Origin: Dehalococcoidia bacterium
GTDB taxonomy: Bacteria > Chloroflexota > Dehalococcoidia > Lucifugimonadales > UBA3495
DNA: 64,000 bases
NCBI GenBank assembly: GCA_963664725.1
Contig: OY761558.1
Coordinates: 2,156,414-2,220,413, forward strand
Reading direction: 5' to 3'
Shown here: positions 26,440-36,700 of the stretch, piece after piece
How the letters are laid out: each line of letters starts with the position of its first letter
Position numbering within the stretch: the first letter of the stretch is position 1
Made by a program: the position numbers and the translations under genes
Notes under the pieces: generated by a model
Databases searched by the model: none
The model's input: the letters and a program-made list of their open reading frames with translations, nothing else
What the model was told of the DNA's origin: nothing

Positions 26440-26850
26440 ATGAAGCCGAGGGATATGTCCGCGCCGTTGACGAGCCGTCAGGAAAATACAGTCACCGGGT
26501 TCTGGCCCTGGTTTCTCCAGCGGGTCAGCGGTTTCCTGCTGATATTCCTGGTAGGCGTGCATATCTGGATGACCCACTTTTCCGGCCTGAGCGACGTGGT
26601 CCGGGGACACCAGGAGGAACTGGTGTTGTTCGAGATAGTGAAACAGCGCCTGGCCCAGGGGTTGTTTATATTCATCGACTTCTCCCTGCTGGCGCTGGTC
26701 TTGTATCACGGGCTGAACGGTATGCGAAACATCCTGTTGGAGTGGGGTCCCGCAGCCAGGCACGCGGCGGGGATGACTGCAGGCCTGTGGCTGCTGGGCG
26801 TTGGGACTTTCATTTATGGAGCCTGGGCTCTCCTGGCCTTCATTCTCTAG
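26440..26850 (+). CDS. sdhD: succinate dehydrogenase membrane subunit 2
   Basis: Paralogous layout to the previous gene (FLQRVSGFLLIFLVGVHIW, LYHGLNGMRN). Confidence 0.7.
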   Translation: MKPRDMSAPLTSRQENTVTGFWPWFLQRVSGFLLIFLVGVHIWMTHFSGLSDVVRGHQEELVLFEIVKQRLAQGLFIFIDFSLLALVLYHGLNGMRNILLEWGPAARHAAGMTAGLWLLGVGTFIYGAWALLAFIL

Positions 26851-26878
26851 CAGACCGGATAGCCTGGGAGGCTGCCAA

Positions 26879-27622
26879 ATGGACACCATTACGCTGTCAG
26901 TAAGACGCGGGTCGCCGGAGCAAAATACCACGGCCTATTGGCAGGAATTTGACGTACCTATAGTGGAAGAGACCATGAGCGTGCTGGACGCGCTCATATG
27001 GGTACAACGCAACGTTGACCCCTCACTGGCATTTCGCAGGGCCTGCCGGGTGGGAATGTGCGGCACCTGCGGCACGGTAATAAACGGCAGAGAAGGGCTG
27101 GCCTGTGGAACCTTGCTAAGTTCCGCAGCCGGAAACGGGAGCGGTACGGTGCGAGTGCAGCCGCTGCGGCATTTGCCCGTGATACGGGACCTGGTAACTG
27201 ACCCGGGGTTGTTCTTTGACCATTTGCGGGGAGTTGACCCCAGCCTCACACCCGGGCCGGGGCTTCAGGAGCCCGTGGTTCTGTCACCCGATTCCAAGGA
27301 GCGGCAGACCATTAACCCCCACCGTGAGTGCATTTATTGCGGGCTTTGCTACTCAGCGTGCTCGGTGGCGGGACTGGATTCGGGTTTCCTCGGGCCGGCC
27401 GCCTTGAACCGGGCCTTCGCCCTGGTTTCAGACAGTCGGGACGCCTCCGGGAAGCAGAGACTCCAGATAGTCGCCAGTGAGCAGGGCTTGTGGCGCTGCC
27501 ATACCATATTCGAATGCACCGCGGTCTGCCCCAAGGGAATACCCATCACCCGCGCCATCCAGGGTCTCAAGCGTAAGGTGATTGTGGACAGGCTGAAGAA
27601 TCTTTTCAGGCTGGGACGCTGA
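26879..27622 (+). CDS. sdhB: succinate dehydrogenase / fumarate reductase iron-sulfur subunit
   Basis: Cys clusters CRVGMCGTCG...C, CIYCGLCYSAC and CTAVCPKGI. GGGAGG lies 8 nt upstream of the ATG at 26879. Confidence 0.9.
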   Translation: MDTITLSVRRGSPEQNTTAYWQEFDVPIVEETMSVLDALIWVQRNVDPSLAFRRACRVGMCGTCGTVINGREGLACGTLLSSAAGNGSGTVRVQPLRHLPVIRDLVTDPGLFFDHLRGVDPSLTPGPGLQEPVVLSPDSKERQTINPHRECIYCGLCYSACSVAGLDSGFLGPAALNRAFALVSDSRDASGKQRLQIVASEQGLWRCHTIFECTAVCPKGIPITRAIQGLKRKVIVDRLKNLFRLGR

Positions 27623-27796
27623 TATTCGGCCAGCGGTACATGGCTATTAGACTGATGGGGTTTTTGCCGTTCGCCCGTAGCCTGTCAAAGCGCGGCCCTT
27701 CTGTGGTTCGACAAGCTCACCGCGAACGGATTCCCCCTTTGGACATCAATCCGATAGCGAAAACCCGTTAGCCCGCGTTCCAGGTCAGGCTGCCAT

Positions 27797-28324
27797 CTAC
27801 ATGCCCGCCCGTCTGCGCTGCTCCTCCTGCAAGTCGTCGATGCTCTCCCGCGACCTGCCGTAGATGTGGGGCACGTCCCAGCCCTCCAGTCCCGCGTAGG
27901 TGTCTATCTGGCTGCGGTGATGTGTCTCGTGCTCGAACAGCATCATCATAATGCGCCAGCCGCTGAGCATCCCGTCAGTGTCTATCATCCTCACCCGGCG
28001 TTGCAGCCACTCCGGCGGGCTGTCGTCCAGACGCCGGTGGAACTCCTCGAAGGAAGTCTCGATGGCCGGAATCCAGTCCGATTGCCGCTCGGTGCTGGGC
28101 GCGGGCCAGTCGTACAGCCAGCCCCGCCCGTAGTAGGCGCTGGCGAAGTAGAGCCGGGATTCCGCGATGTGATGCACAATTTCGTTGATGCTCCAGGCCT
28201 TCTCGCCTTCTCCCCGGGACGGTCGCCAACCGTCGGCCTCCGGGGGCAGGGCCAGAATGTCCCGCACCGTGCGCTGGTGGAAGCGGTCGAAATAGCGAAG
28301 CAGGGTTGGCAGGTCGGTAATCAT
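27797..28324 (-). CDS. DinB-family protein
   Basis: Four-helix-bundle His pattern (VHHIAESR...FEHETHHRSQI) and a length of 175 aa. Confidence 0.8.
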   Translation of the reverse strand: MITDLPTLLRYFDRFHQRTVRDILALPPEADGWRPSRGEGEKAWSINEIVHHIAESRLYFASAYYGRGWLYDWPAPSTERQSDWIPAIETSFEEFHRRLDDSPPEWLQRRVRMIDTDGMLSGWRIMMMLFEHETHHRSQIDTYAGLEGWDVPHIYGRSRESIDDLQEEQRRRAGM

Positions 28325-28491
28325 CTCTAATCCTCGGGGGTAATTCCCTTTCCCAGACTCACGATTCGGTTGCTGGAATGATAGATAGCTGCACCGGCAG
28401 CGTCAACGGCGCTATCGGCCGGCGGGTTTGGCGTCGCCGGGCGGCAGGGTGTAGAATCGGCGCAACATCGCGATGTAAATGAGGAGCGGTT

Positions 28492-30030
28492 ATGAAATAC
28501 GACGTTGTTGTAGTCGGCGGCGGGTCCGCCGGTTCCGTGGTGGCCAGTCGGCTGTCGGAGGACCCCAATCGCTCGGTGCTGCTGCTGGAAGCGGGGCAGG
28601 ACTACGCCGATCCGGAGCAGCTCCCGGAGCCGGTCCGCAACGGGCACTCGTCGGAGGGCGAAGCCATCGGTTCGGAGGTTTCCTGGAACCTGCGCGGCGT
28701 CATCAACGACCAACAGGGTGAGATTAACATCGCCCAGGGCAAGGTCATCGGCGGCTCCGGCTCAATCAACGGCCAGGTTTACCTGCGCGGCCTGCCCGAG
28801 GACTTTGAGCGCTGGGAGTCCCACTTCGGCAACCAGGAATGGGGCTACCTTAAAGTCCTGCCCTACTACCGAAGGGCCGAAACCGACCTGGACATCCAGG
28901 ACGACTTCCACGGCACAGAAGGCCCGATCCCCATCGTCCGCCGCGAGGACGAGGAGTGGCCGGCGGTTCAGAAGGCGTTCTACGACGCCTGCATGGAGCG
29001 GGGCTACCCATCCAACCACGACCTCAACGGGCCAGACTCTGGCGGCATCGGCGCCATCCCCATGAACAACCTTAACGGCTGGCGCATGAGCACCAACGTC
29101 ACCCACCTCACGCCCGCCCGCCACCGGCTCAATCTCACCATACGCGGCGACGTGTTCGTCCGCCGGGTGGTTATCGAGGACGGCAAGGCCACCGGCGTCG
29201 AGGTGGAGAGCGGCGGGGAGATTTTCACCGTCGAGGGCGACCGAGTGGTGCTTTGCGCCGGAGCGCTCAAGTCTCCCCACATCCTGATGCTGTCGGGCGT
29301 TGGCCCCCGCGACCAGCTGGAGGAGAACAGCATCCCGGTCCTGGTGGACTCCCCCGGCGTAGGGCAGAACCTGTTCAACCACCCCATGGGGTCAGTCTCC
29401 TTCCGGGTCAACGAAAACGTCAGGCTGACGGCCAACGCCGAAGCCCTGCGCTTCGGTCTGCGGGTAACGTCCGAGCCGCCGTCCCACCCCAATGACGTCA
29501 TGCTTCACACCCTGGCTGTCTGGAATGTGATGACCGGCGAGATGGTGCCCTCGGGCACTGCCCGCATCGCCTGCGCCCTGGAGCTTCCCGAGGGCACCGG
29601 CTGGGTGCGCCTGCAGTCGGGCGACCCCACGGCGCAGCCTTCCATCAACTACCGCTACCTGCACAACGGGAACGATATGCGCCGGATGCGCGAGGCCGTG
29701 CGGCTGGCGTGCAGCATTCTGGAGTCCGACGCCTACAAGGGCATCTCCGAGGGGCGTATTGCTCCAGATGACGACACTCTAACCAGTGACGACGACCTGG
29801 ACGCCTGGATTCGCCAGACCCTGGGCAGCTCCCGCCATGTCTCCGGCACCTGCCGCATCGGACCCGACGGGGACGCCATGGCTGTGACCGACCAGCAGTG
29901 CCGCGTGCGCGGAGTTGACGGCCTGTGGGTCGCCGACTCTTCCATCATGCCCCAGGTAACCCGCGCCAACACCAACGCCACCGCCATAATGATCGGCGAG
30001 CGCGTCGCCGACTGGGTGGCCGAGAGTTAG
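28492..30030 (+). CDS. GMC-family FAD oxidoreductase (choline dehydrogenase-like)
   Basis: YDVVVVGGGSAGSVVASRLSEDPNRSVLLLEAG, plus GGSGSINGQVY and the C-terminal active-site region SSRHVSGTCRIG...VADSSIMP. Confidence 0.9.
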   Translation: MKYDVVVVGGGSAGSVVASRLSEDPNRSVLLLEAGQDYADPEQLPEPVRNGHSSEGEAIGSEVSWNLRGVINDQQGEINIAQGKVIGGSGSINGQVYLRGLPEDFERWESHFGNQEWGYLKVLPYYRRAETDLDIQDDFHGTEGPIPIVRREDEEWPAVQKAFYDACMERGYPSNHDLNGPDSGGIGAIPMNNLNGWRMSTNVTHLTPARHRLNLTIRGDVFVRRVVIEDGKATGVEVESGGEIFTVEGDRVVLCAGALKSPHILMLSGVGPRDQLEENSIPVLVDSPGVGQNLFNHPMGSVSFRVNENVRLTANAEALRFGLRVTSEPPSHPNDVMLHTLAVWNVMTGEMVPSGTARIACALELPEGTGWVRLQSGDPTAQPSINYRYLHNGNDMRRMREAVRLACSILESDAYKGISEGRIAPDDDTLTSDDDLDAWIRQTLGSSRHVSGTCRIGPDGDAMAVTDQQCRVRGVDGLWVADSSIMPQVTRANTNATAIMIGERVADWVAES

Positions 30031-30059
30031 CGAAGGGGAGACTTTCTACGTTAGAGTCC

Positions 30060-30487
30060 CTATCTGCAACATTGAACGTTGAAAATGGTCGGGCCTGGCG
30101 GTTGCGGGTTGAAGCTCCTGAAGAGGATTTGCGGCCCGCGATCTACTGCTACAGCCCTTGCCGATAAGTGCAGGGGTTGCTCGGCCATTTGGGCCCGTGG
30201 GTACCAGCCAGAACTGTTCCCAGCAGGAAGACAGCCTGGCGGACCTGCGACCAAAATTCGACTGGATACATCCGTCCAACCCTCAAAAGGCTCGTAGTCA
30301 GCATTGCGGAAGGGGGTGGACGGTACGATGAACGGTTTGGAGTGGAATTCATAGAAGCGGTCCAGGTGGAAGTCATCTACGGTCAGGCCAATGTAGACCC
30401 TGGAATGCTGGATTCGTCGGTGGTTGAAGAAGAGGGGCGCCAGTTTACTTCGAAGACCTGATAGACACCGTAGAGGCCGATTTTCAT
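30060..30487 (-). pseudogene. possible decayed gene (stop-free frame without start; family unknown, faintly VOC/glyoxalase-like)
   Basis: On the minus strand, ATG-AAA-ATC (MKIGLYGVYQVFEV) runs into a stop. The adjacent frame is then open for about 125 codons (KLAPLFFNHRRIQHSRVYIGLTVDDFHLDRFYEFHSKPFIV...) with no usable start codon. Confidence 0.25.
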
Positions 30488-30719
30488 ACCCGTGGTGGAC
30501 GGGTTACCAACATGCCCTGCGGGTCGGCATTCAACAACCCTCTTGTGGATTGGCAAGACCTTTCCTGGCCTTCGTCCGCTCCCTCAATCCTGCTGCCGGT
30601 TGATCCCTTGTACATTTGTACATTTCAAGGGATGTCCGGATCCTGACGGTCCGGGCCCCTTGGCACGGCGGCAGTTTCGAGGGTCCCAGTCCTGTAAGAG
30701 AGCTGTGATTCTCGGCGCC

Positions 30720-31823
30720 TTAAAGCCTCAAACCCACAGTCTCGGTTGAGTCCAGATCCCGGATGGCGGAATCCAGCCGTTCCAGGGTGTTACGCAGGTA
30801 CGCCTTCGCCCGGTCACCTTCATACTCGCAGTAGCCTCCGGAGACTATCCAGAAAACAAAGAGGTCCAGCATGGACACCCGGTAGTCATGCAGGCATTCA
30901 TCGAACGAATAACCCTTTACACCCTTGTCTTCCAGGATGGAGTGGTATTCTCGAAGAAGTCCGGTTTCCACTTCCTTCCGTTCCTCAGGAGGGAAGGACT
31001 CATTTACGAAGGTGGCGACGTCATACACGCCCCGGCCCCGGCCGCAAAACTCCCAGTCAATTACCACCAGGGACTGGCGCCCCTCCGCAGTGGTGAAGAA
31101 AAAATTGTCCGGCCGGTAATCCCCATGAACTAGGGTCAAGGGTGGCAGGGAAAGTCGGCCTTTAATCTGGTGGATTTCCGCCGCCAGCCGGTCGCCCAGC
31201 AACCGCAGCCGTCCGGGCATCACGTCCCCTGCCCCTTGAAGCAGCGAAACCCAGGCGCCAGCGTACATCTCCTGGTAGGTTTCCACTTCGGCGCTCCTCA
31301 AGGGCAGCCAGGAGAATCGGTCCAGCAGCGGGCTGTCCCACCACTGGGCCTGGAATTCGGCCAGTTGACCCACACACCGGCGGGCTTCATCCAGGGAACA
31401 ACCGGCCACGCTGTCGCCCTGGCGCGCATGGTGCAAGTCCTCCAGCACCAGGATTGTGGTGCCGGTGACCGGATCCGTGTCGCCGTGGTAACAATGTGGA
31501 GTCTGGATGAGGACCCCGTCGGCCAGTTCCAAGTAGAAATTGACCTCCCTCCGGTTCTGGCCCAGCCGTCTGAAGACCTTCTGCAGCAGGGGATCGACCG
31601 ATGGAAGTTTTACTATTACCGAGCAGGGCATCCCCGGGGCTACCCCGGAGTATTTCAGCTTCAGCCGGTACAGCTGGCTCATGTATCCCTTGCCCTCGAC
31701 GATGGCCTCAACCGAAAATTCGGTCACCGGCGCATCGGAAGGTTCCCCGCTGCCATTCAAGGCCATGGTTAGCCAGCCTGGAGTTATGTCCCCTATCTCT
31801 CGGGGAACTGCTATACCTTTCAT
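30720..31823 (-). CDS. phosphotransferase-family kinase (APH / EcKL-like)
   Basis: Catalytic loop LVHGDYRPDNFFF and the metal-binding segment VIDWEFCGRG. The length is 367 aa. Confidence 0.8.
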   Translation of the reverse strand: MKGIAVPREIGDITPGWLTMALNGSGEPSDAPVTEFSVEAIVEGKGYMSQLYRLKLKYSGVAPGMPCSVIVKLPSVDPLLQKVFRRLGQNRREVNFYLELADGVLIQTPHCYHGDTDPVTGTTILVLEDLHHARQGDSVAGCSLDEARRCVGQLAEFQAQWWDSPLLDRFSWLPLRSAEVETYQEMYAGAWVSLLQGAGDVMPGRLRLLGDRLAAEIHQIKGRLSLPPLTLVHGDYRPDNFFFTTAEGRQSLVVIDWEFCGRGRGVYDVATFVNESFPPEERKEVETGLLREYHSILEDKGVKGYSFDECLHDYRVSMLDLFVFWIVSGGYCEYEGDRAKAYLRNTLERLDSAIRDLDSTETVGLRL

Positions 31824-31874
31824 CTCAGCACAACCGTTGCCATACCTGTTCCACGGCTTTTTGAAGCGCGTCCC

Positions 31875-32567
31875 TCACCCGTCCTTGCGGGCAAAAAAGA
31901 CGCAATGGTCCATGGGCTTTGGGTCCTTGAAGTACATCACGCCGCCGAGCTTTTCTCCTTCCTCCGGTATGACAGTCATGCCCAGGCCTGCCAGCCTGGC
32001 AAGCACCTCTTCAACTTCATAGAGCTGGAATGTGCGGTCTGCCCCATAGTCACGGTCGTAAACGGTGGCGATGCCGCTGCCGCACTTGAACATCAGTTGC
32101 AGCACACCGCCCGCCCTCAACACCCGGCTAAATTCCGGCAGCGTAGTCCCCAGGGAAATGGGCGGTTCTATGTGTTGAATGACCGCGTTGCACAGCACAA
32201 AGTCAAAGGACGAATCGGGGTGGGCAAGGGGTTGCCGAAGATCCACCACCGACACCCGTTCCGCAATCTCCGGATGCAGCCTTTGCACCTCCAGGACGTT
32301 CTCTTCCACGGCGTCTATGCCGTATATGTCGTAGCCATTCTGCCAGTAAATGAAGACGTCCCTGGCTCCCGCGCCGCAACCGGCGTCCAACCCCCGGCTG
32401 CCCGTCGGGACCAGTTCCTGGAGCCGTTCGATCAGCGCCGTATCTCCGGTGAGCGCCGAATGGGACGTGTCGGTGTAAACCGACTGAATGAAATTATGGC
32501 TTACTTCGGCGTAACGCTGGGCGTGGGACCGGTAGAAAGCTTCGGAAAAATCGGGATTCGTGCTCAT
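31875..32567 (-). CDS. class I SAM-dependent methyltransferase
   Basis: Motif I LDAGCGAGARD and post-I/II motifs (GIDAVEENV, FDFVLCNAVIQHI). Confidence 0.85.
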   Translation of the reverse strand: MSTNPDFSEAFYRSHAQRYAEVSHNFIQSVYTDTSHSALTGDTALIERLQELVPTGSRGLDAGCGAGARDVFIYWQNGYDIYGIDAVEENVLEVQRLHPEIAERVSVVDLRQPLAHPDSSFDFVLCNAVIQHIEPPISLGTTLPEFSRVLRAGGVLQLMFKCGSGIATVYDRDYGADRTFQLYEVEEVLARLAGLGMTVIPEEGEKLGGVMYFKDPKPMDHCVFFARKDG

Positions 32568-32597
32568 TTTCTTGCCTTCGTTAACAGGGTTGGAGAT

Positions 32598-33305
32598 TCA
32601 GGCTTCGAACAGGTCAATGAACTGGCCGGACATGAGCTTGGGAGCGTGGGCGGCCAGGTACAGGGCCGCCTGGGCCACCTCCTCTCCGGTTATCCAATTC
32701 GGGTCTCCCTCCGGATAGTAGGACCGGGCCATATCCGTGTCCACCCAATCGGGATTGATGCCGTTGACGCGAATACCGTGGGGAAGTAGCGACTGGGCCA
32801 GGGAAGCCGTGTAGCCGACAACGCCCCACTTCGACGCGGCGTATGCTCCGTTGTCCCCGTCGGGTTGCCGACCGGATGATGAACCGATGTTGACGATGAC
32901 GCCGCCACCTTGCCGGATCATGTGGGGCGCCACCGCGCGGCAGACCAGGTGCACTCCCCGCAGGTTGGTATTCATCACCTCGTCCCACTGCTCCATGGTA
33001 GCTTCCCATACGGGAGTGTCGTAGGTGATCACTCCCGCGTTGTTGACGAGTACGTCAATTCCGCCCCACTTGCCGACAACCTCCTCGGCGACACCGGCAG
33101 CATCGTCCTCCCGAGTCACGTCCAGCTCAAAGGCTTCCGCGACGCCACCACCGGCGCAGATTTCGTCAACAACCTGGGCCAACCGGTCCAGGTTTCGTCC
33201 GGTTACCGCAACTTTGGCCCCTTCCCCCGCGAAGGCCAACGCGATGGCACGGCCGATGCCGCGGCCTGCCCCCGTTATCAACGTTACCTTTCCTTCCAGC
33301 AGCAT
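32598..33305 (-). CDS. short-chain dehydrogenase/reductase (SDR)
   Basis: TGAGRGIGRAIA, NNAG and the catalytic YAASKWGV. Confidence 0.9.
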   Translation of the reverse strand: MLLEGKVTLITGAGRGIGRAIALAFAGEGAKVAVTGRNLDRLAQVVDEICAGGGVAEAFELDVTREDDAAGVAEEVVGKWGGIDVLVNNAGVITYDTPVWEATMEQWDEVMNTNLRGVHLVCRAVAPHMIRQGGGVIVNIGSSSGRQPDGDNGAYAASKWGVVGYTASLAQSLLPHGIRVNGINPDWVDTDMARSYYPEGDPNWITGEEVAQAALYLAAHAPKLMSGQFIDLFEA

Positions 33306-34195
33306 TCTCCGCTTTCATCCTCCAAACATCTATTTGACGTGTATGCTCGAAGTAACAGCCAGCGCCCCTCTTCAGTAAAGACTTGTCGGCGTTGCTACGA
33401 CACTCGGGTGGCCAACGAGTCCCGCATCAGCACATTCAGCCTTGGCGTGGGTAGGGGCCGGAACTTCGGCCTCGTATCTGAACTGTACCAGCATCAATTG
33501 TAGTTCCCACGCATTCCCTGGTTGTTATTCCATCACGTTGTGGGTCGGAGAGTGACATAGGGGGAAAGTACGCAGAGTAGTGGCTGTCATATCTCACTGC
33601 GTCGGCGCCAGGGCATCGGGGGAGGCCTTCTTGATCCACGAGTTGCCACAGGCCCCCGGGTAGTCACTTCGAAAAGCGCTTGTGACTATCCGGATGACGT
33701 CCAAATGGTACCCCAAAACCCCCACAGAGGAACAACCAAGGTTTGAGCGCAAGTCACGCTCCGTTTGCGGAAGTCGCGAAGAACTAGGCAGGTTGCCGGA
33801 GGGGCCCGGTGGACGTTGGGGCTGAATGGGTTTCCGACCGGCCCGTTAGCGGGGCGCCTGCGAGCAAGTATGATAGAACAGCCCACCGCAGTCTTGTGGG
33901 ATGATACGAAGCTGAGGAAATGTAGTCAATGCCTCTGTCAGAAAAATCGAACCCCCATCTGCCCGAGCCGAATAGATAATCAGAACGGGAGCAGGGCGGA
34001 CAAGTGCTGTACGGGACCGGATGGGAGAATGCCCTGTTTCATACCTTGCTTTCCACGGCCCCCGGTTTCCGGGGGTTGTCCGGTAGACCCAGCGGGTATA
34101 TTCTGCCCCTGTGAAGTCCGCATCGTCGGGCGCCCCACCTTGTCCACAAGAAGTTCAACGGCAAATTCACAAGTCCGTCCCCCAAGGGAGGTTCC

Positions 34196-35290
34196 ATGAA
34201 GTTCGGAATCTTTACCATCGTCCCCTACCATGAGGACTTTACCCAGCAGCAGGCGCTGACCCAGGCTCTGGAGCAGATACAGTTCGCCGATGAAGCCGGC
34301 CTTGACGAGGTATGGCTGGGCGAACATCGTTTTTCCCGCCACGGCTTGCTCTCGGGAATCTGGTCCTTCCTGGGAGCCGTCGCCGGTCGCACAAAAAACG
34401 TGCGCATCGGCACCGCAGTCATCGTCCTGCCACTGCATAACCCCGTCCTGGTGGCTGAAGAAGTGGCCATGCTCGACATCATCAGCAACGGCCGGTTCAA
34501 CTTTGGCATCGGCGCCGGTTACCAGCAGCAGGAGTTCGACGGAGTGGGTGTTGACATCGACACAAGCCGCGACCGGTTCCACGAGGCTGTCGACGTGATG
34601 ATCAAGGCCTGGACCGAGGAATCCCTGACCTTCCATGGCCGGTTCACCAACGTTGACGACGTCTGGGTGCTGCCCAAACCTTTGCAGCAGCCCTACCCGC
34701 CCCTGTTCCAGGCCGTCAGCACCAGCCCGGCCAGCATCGACTTCGCCGCCAGCCGCAACATCCAGGTCATAGCCGGCGGCCCCACCGACATCCTCGGCCA
34801 GGCGCCCCAGGTCATCAAGCTGTGGCGGGAGAAGATGGAAGAGTACGGCCACGAGCACGCCCATCTGGACCCGCCCATGTCCAAGTCAATCTACGTTGCC
34901 CCCACTATGGAGGAAGCGGAACGGGACGCTGCCGAACTGGAGAATTTTTCCTCGAGGATTCTGCGGTCAGTTGGCTCTGCCGGGGCGCCCATCGGCATGC
35001 CGATGGACAAGAACGGCAAAGTCGCCAGGGGTTACGAGCACTGGGCCAACCGCCAGCGCGACCGGGACCGCCGCGACGATCCGGGCCACGCCGGACTGCC
35101 GCCGCTTCGGGGCACTCCAGAAGTGGTGATAGAGCGGTTGAAGCAGACCCAGGAAGCCGGCATAAACCATGTTTTTGGCAACTTCGGGTTCGCCGGCCTG
35201 CCCCACGCGAAGGTGATGCGTTCCATCGAGCTATTTGCCACCCACGTCATGCCCCACTTCCAGGACGCGCCTGTAACCGCCGGGGACTAG
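34196..35290 (+). CDS. LLM-class (luciferase-like) flavin-dependent oxidoreductase
   Basis: MKFGIFT...ADEAGLDEVWLGEHRFSRHG, a length of 364 aa, and GGGAGG upstream of the ATG. Confidence 0.9.
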   Translation: MKFGIFTIVPYHEDFTQQQALTQALEQIQFADEAGLDEVWLGEHRFSRHGLLSGIWSFLGAVAGRTKNVRIGTAVIVLPLHNPVLVAEEVAMLDIISNGRFNFGIGAGYQQQEFDGVGVDIDTSRDRFHEAVDVMIKAWTEESLTFHGRFTNVDDVWVLPKPLQQPYPPLFQAVSTSPASIDFAASRNIQVIAGGPTDILGQAPQVIKLWREKMEEYGHEHAHLDPPMSKSIYVAPTMEEAERDAAELENFSSRILRSVGSAGAPIGMPMDKNGKVARGYEHWANRQRDRDRRDDPGHAGLPPLRGTPEVVIERLKQTQEAGINHVFGNFGFAGLPHAKVMRSIELFATHVMPHFQDAPVTAGD

Positions 35291-35523
35291 CCGATTGTGT
35301 TGCGCCCACCCAGGTTCCCTCTCCCGGCAGAAGAGGGGGCATCTTGTGCCCAGCGTTAGAGGTCGGTTCCCGTGGTAACCTGCGGGTAGTCAGCATGGGC
35401 AATCTATGAGAAACGTTGGGACAGCGGAGCGAACCGTCCTTTCGGCACGGGTGGCGCGAGCACATACGGATGTCCGCCAAAGGCTGAAGGTGCGAAATCA
35501 CCTTCAGCCATTTCCCAAGGACG

Positions 35524-35800
35524 TTAAACGCCCTCGACTATCACGGTGGTACTAACGCTGCTCCTGCCGCGAATGTCTGCCAAGCGCACGTAATTTGGGT
35601 CGTTGACGAAACCGTGCGCATGCTCGAGGTCCTCAAATTCTTTGACTACCACACGATGTGGAGTCCTTCCCCCGCCAAGACTTCAGTGCCGCCTCTGCGC
35701 ACCAGGTACCTGCCGCCGTGAGACGCAACCACGAAATTGGTCACGAAAGACACCGCGCTGGACAGCGCGATTACGACACCCTGAAGCGCCACGTTTAGTA
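35524..35800 (-). pseudogene. DUF1330-like protein remnant, frameshifted
   Basis: The minus strand gives HGGRYLVRRGGTEVLAGEG in one frame and PHRVVVVKEFEDLEHAHGFVNDPNYVRLADIRGRSSVSTTVIVEGV* in another. Together these resemble DUF1330 (GGR.LVRGG..E.LEG...P.R.VV.EFPS...A..WY.SPEY......R......++VEG). Confidence 0.4.
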
Positions 35801-36044
35801 TCGCGACAGGGAGACAGTTGTCTTCAGGCTCCTAACGTATTTGTTCGTAGACCCGCATAAATCCTGCTTGGCCAGGTAGCGTCCTGAGGCCTGACCTTGT
35901 TAACTCTACCTGAGGAGTGTTGGCGAGAAGCCGCTGCCTCTTCAAAGAAGTGCTACGGGTGGGCGCCGGTCAAGGGGGACGCGGCGTAGAGCGGAATATT
36001 GTAGCGGGGTTGCCGATGAGTAACTTGGCATTAAAGGTAAGGTA

Positions 36045-36552
36045 ATGAATATCAAAGACCTGATCATCGACGACCGGCAAAGGAGGATTTTCAGGGTCCA
36101 CCGGTCGACTGTGACTTCAATATCTGATTATCAACGACTTTGTGGCCATTACTATCCGGTATTTTGAACCCCTGGCCCCCGACAGTATGGGCGTAACGGC
36201 CTGGCACCTGGTCCCAAAGAAAGAATCGGATGCTTTGCTGGCAATCCGGCTCGACAGCTTCCTCACCTTCCTGGGGCCCGGCGGCTTCGCTACGCCTGAT
36301 TATGTGGAGGTCCTGGAATCGTGCCAGGCTGGCTTTCGTGCCACCGAAATGGAGTGGTCCGATATCTCCAGGGGCATGCTCAAACCTTCCCCGGGCGCCT
36401 CGGATGAACTCCGGATGCGGGGGTTCAGACGGCAATGGCACACCCACATGCAGGGGCAAGGCAATGCCAACGTACCGGACGGACCGGTCACGGCAACTGA
36501 GGGCCGAGTGGCTTCTGACACCGGCGCCAGCCTTCCCGTCGGGCCAGGTTAA
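36045..36552 (+). pseudogene. Rieske-type ring-hydroxylating oxygenase alpha subunit remnant (internal deletion plus frameshift)
   Basis: An N-terminal-like peptide of about 35 aa (MNIKDLIIDDRQRRIFRVHRST...) is followed in another frame by a C-terminal catalytic-domain-like segment (IRYFEPLAPDSMGVTAWHLVPK...FLGPGGFATPDYVEVLESCQAGF...WSDISRG). The Rieske CxH...CxxH cluster and the Fe-binding His residues are missing. Confidence 0.5.
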
Positions 36553-36700
36553 CAATGAAGGCCTGTAGCAAGCCCACGCCGTCTGGCATCGCTGCTCAAG
36601 CCCCGGAGGGTTCCCCCATACCCCCGCCAACAGCCATGTTGCTATAATAGCCCCCGTATCACGGCCTGACAGGCAGCAACACAGAATACAGGAGGCAGCC

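Noticed and set aside
25333-26931. 532-aa ORF on the minus strand, one of the longest in the track
   Set aside because: It lies entirely antisense to the fumarase beta, sdhC, sdhD and sdhB genes, all of which have clear family motifs. Its composition is rich in Gln/Pro/His/Arg and low in complexity. This is a typical shadow ORF in high-GC DNA.
33306-34195. 890-bp gene-free stretch upstream of the LLM gene; examined for riboswitch or ncRNA signatures (FMN, TPP, cobalamin B12-box, glycine, ZTP)
   Set aside because: None of the conserved core motifs I know is present and I saw no convincing extended secondary structure. It is left unexplained and not called.
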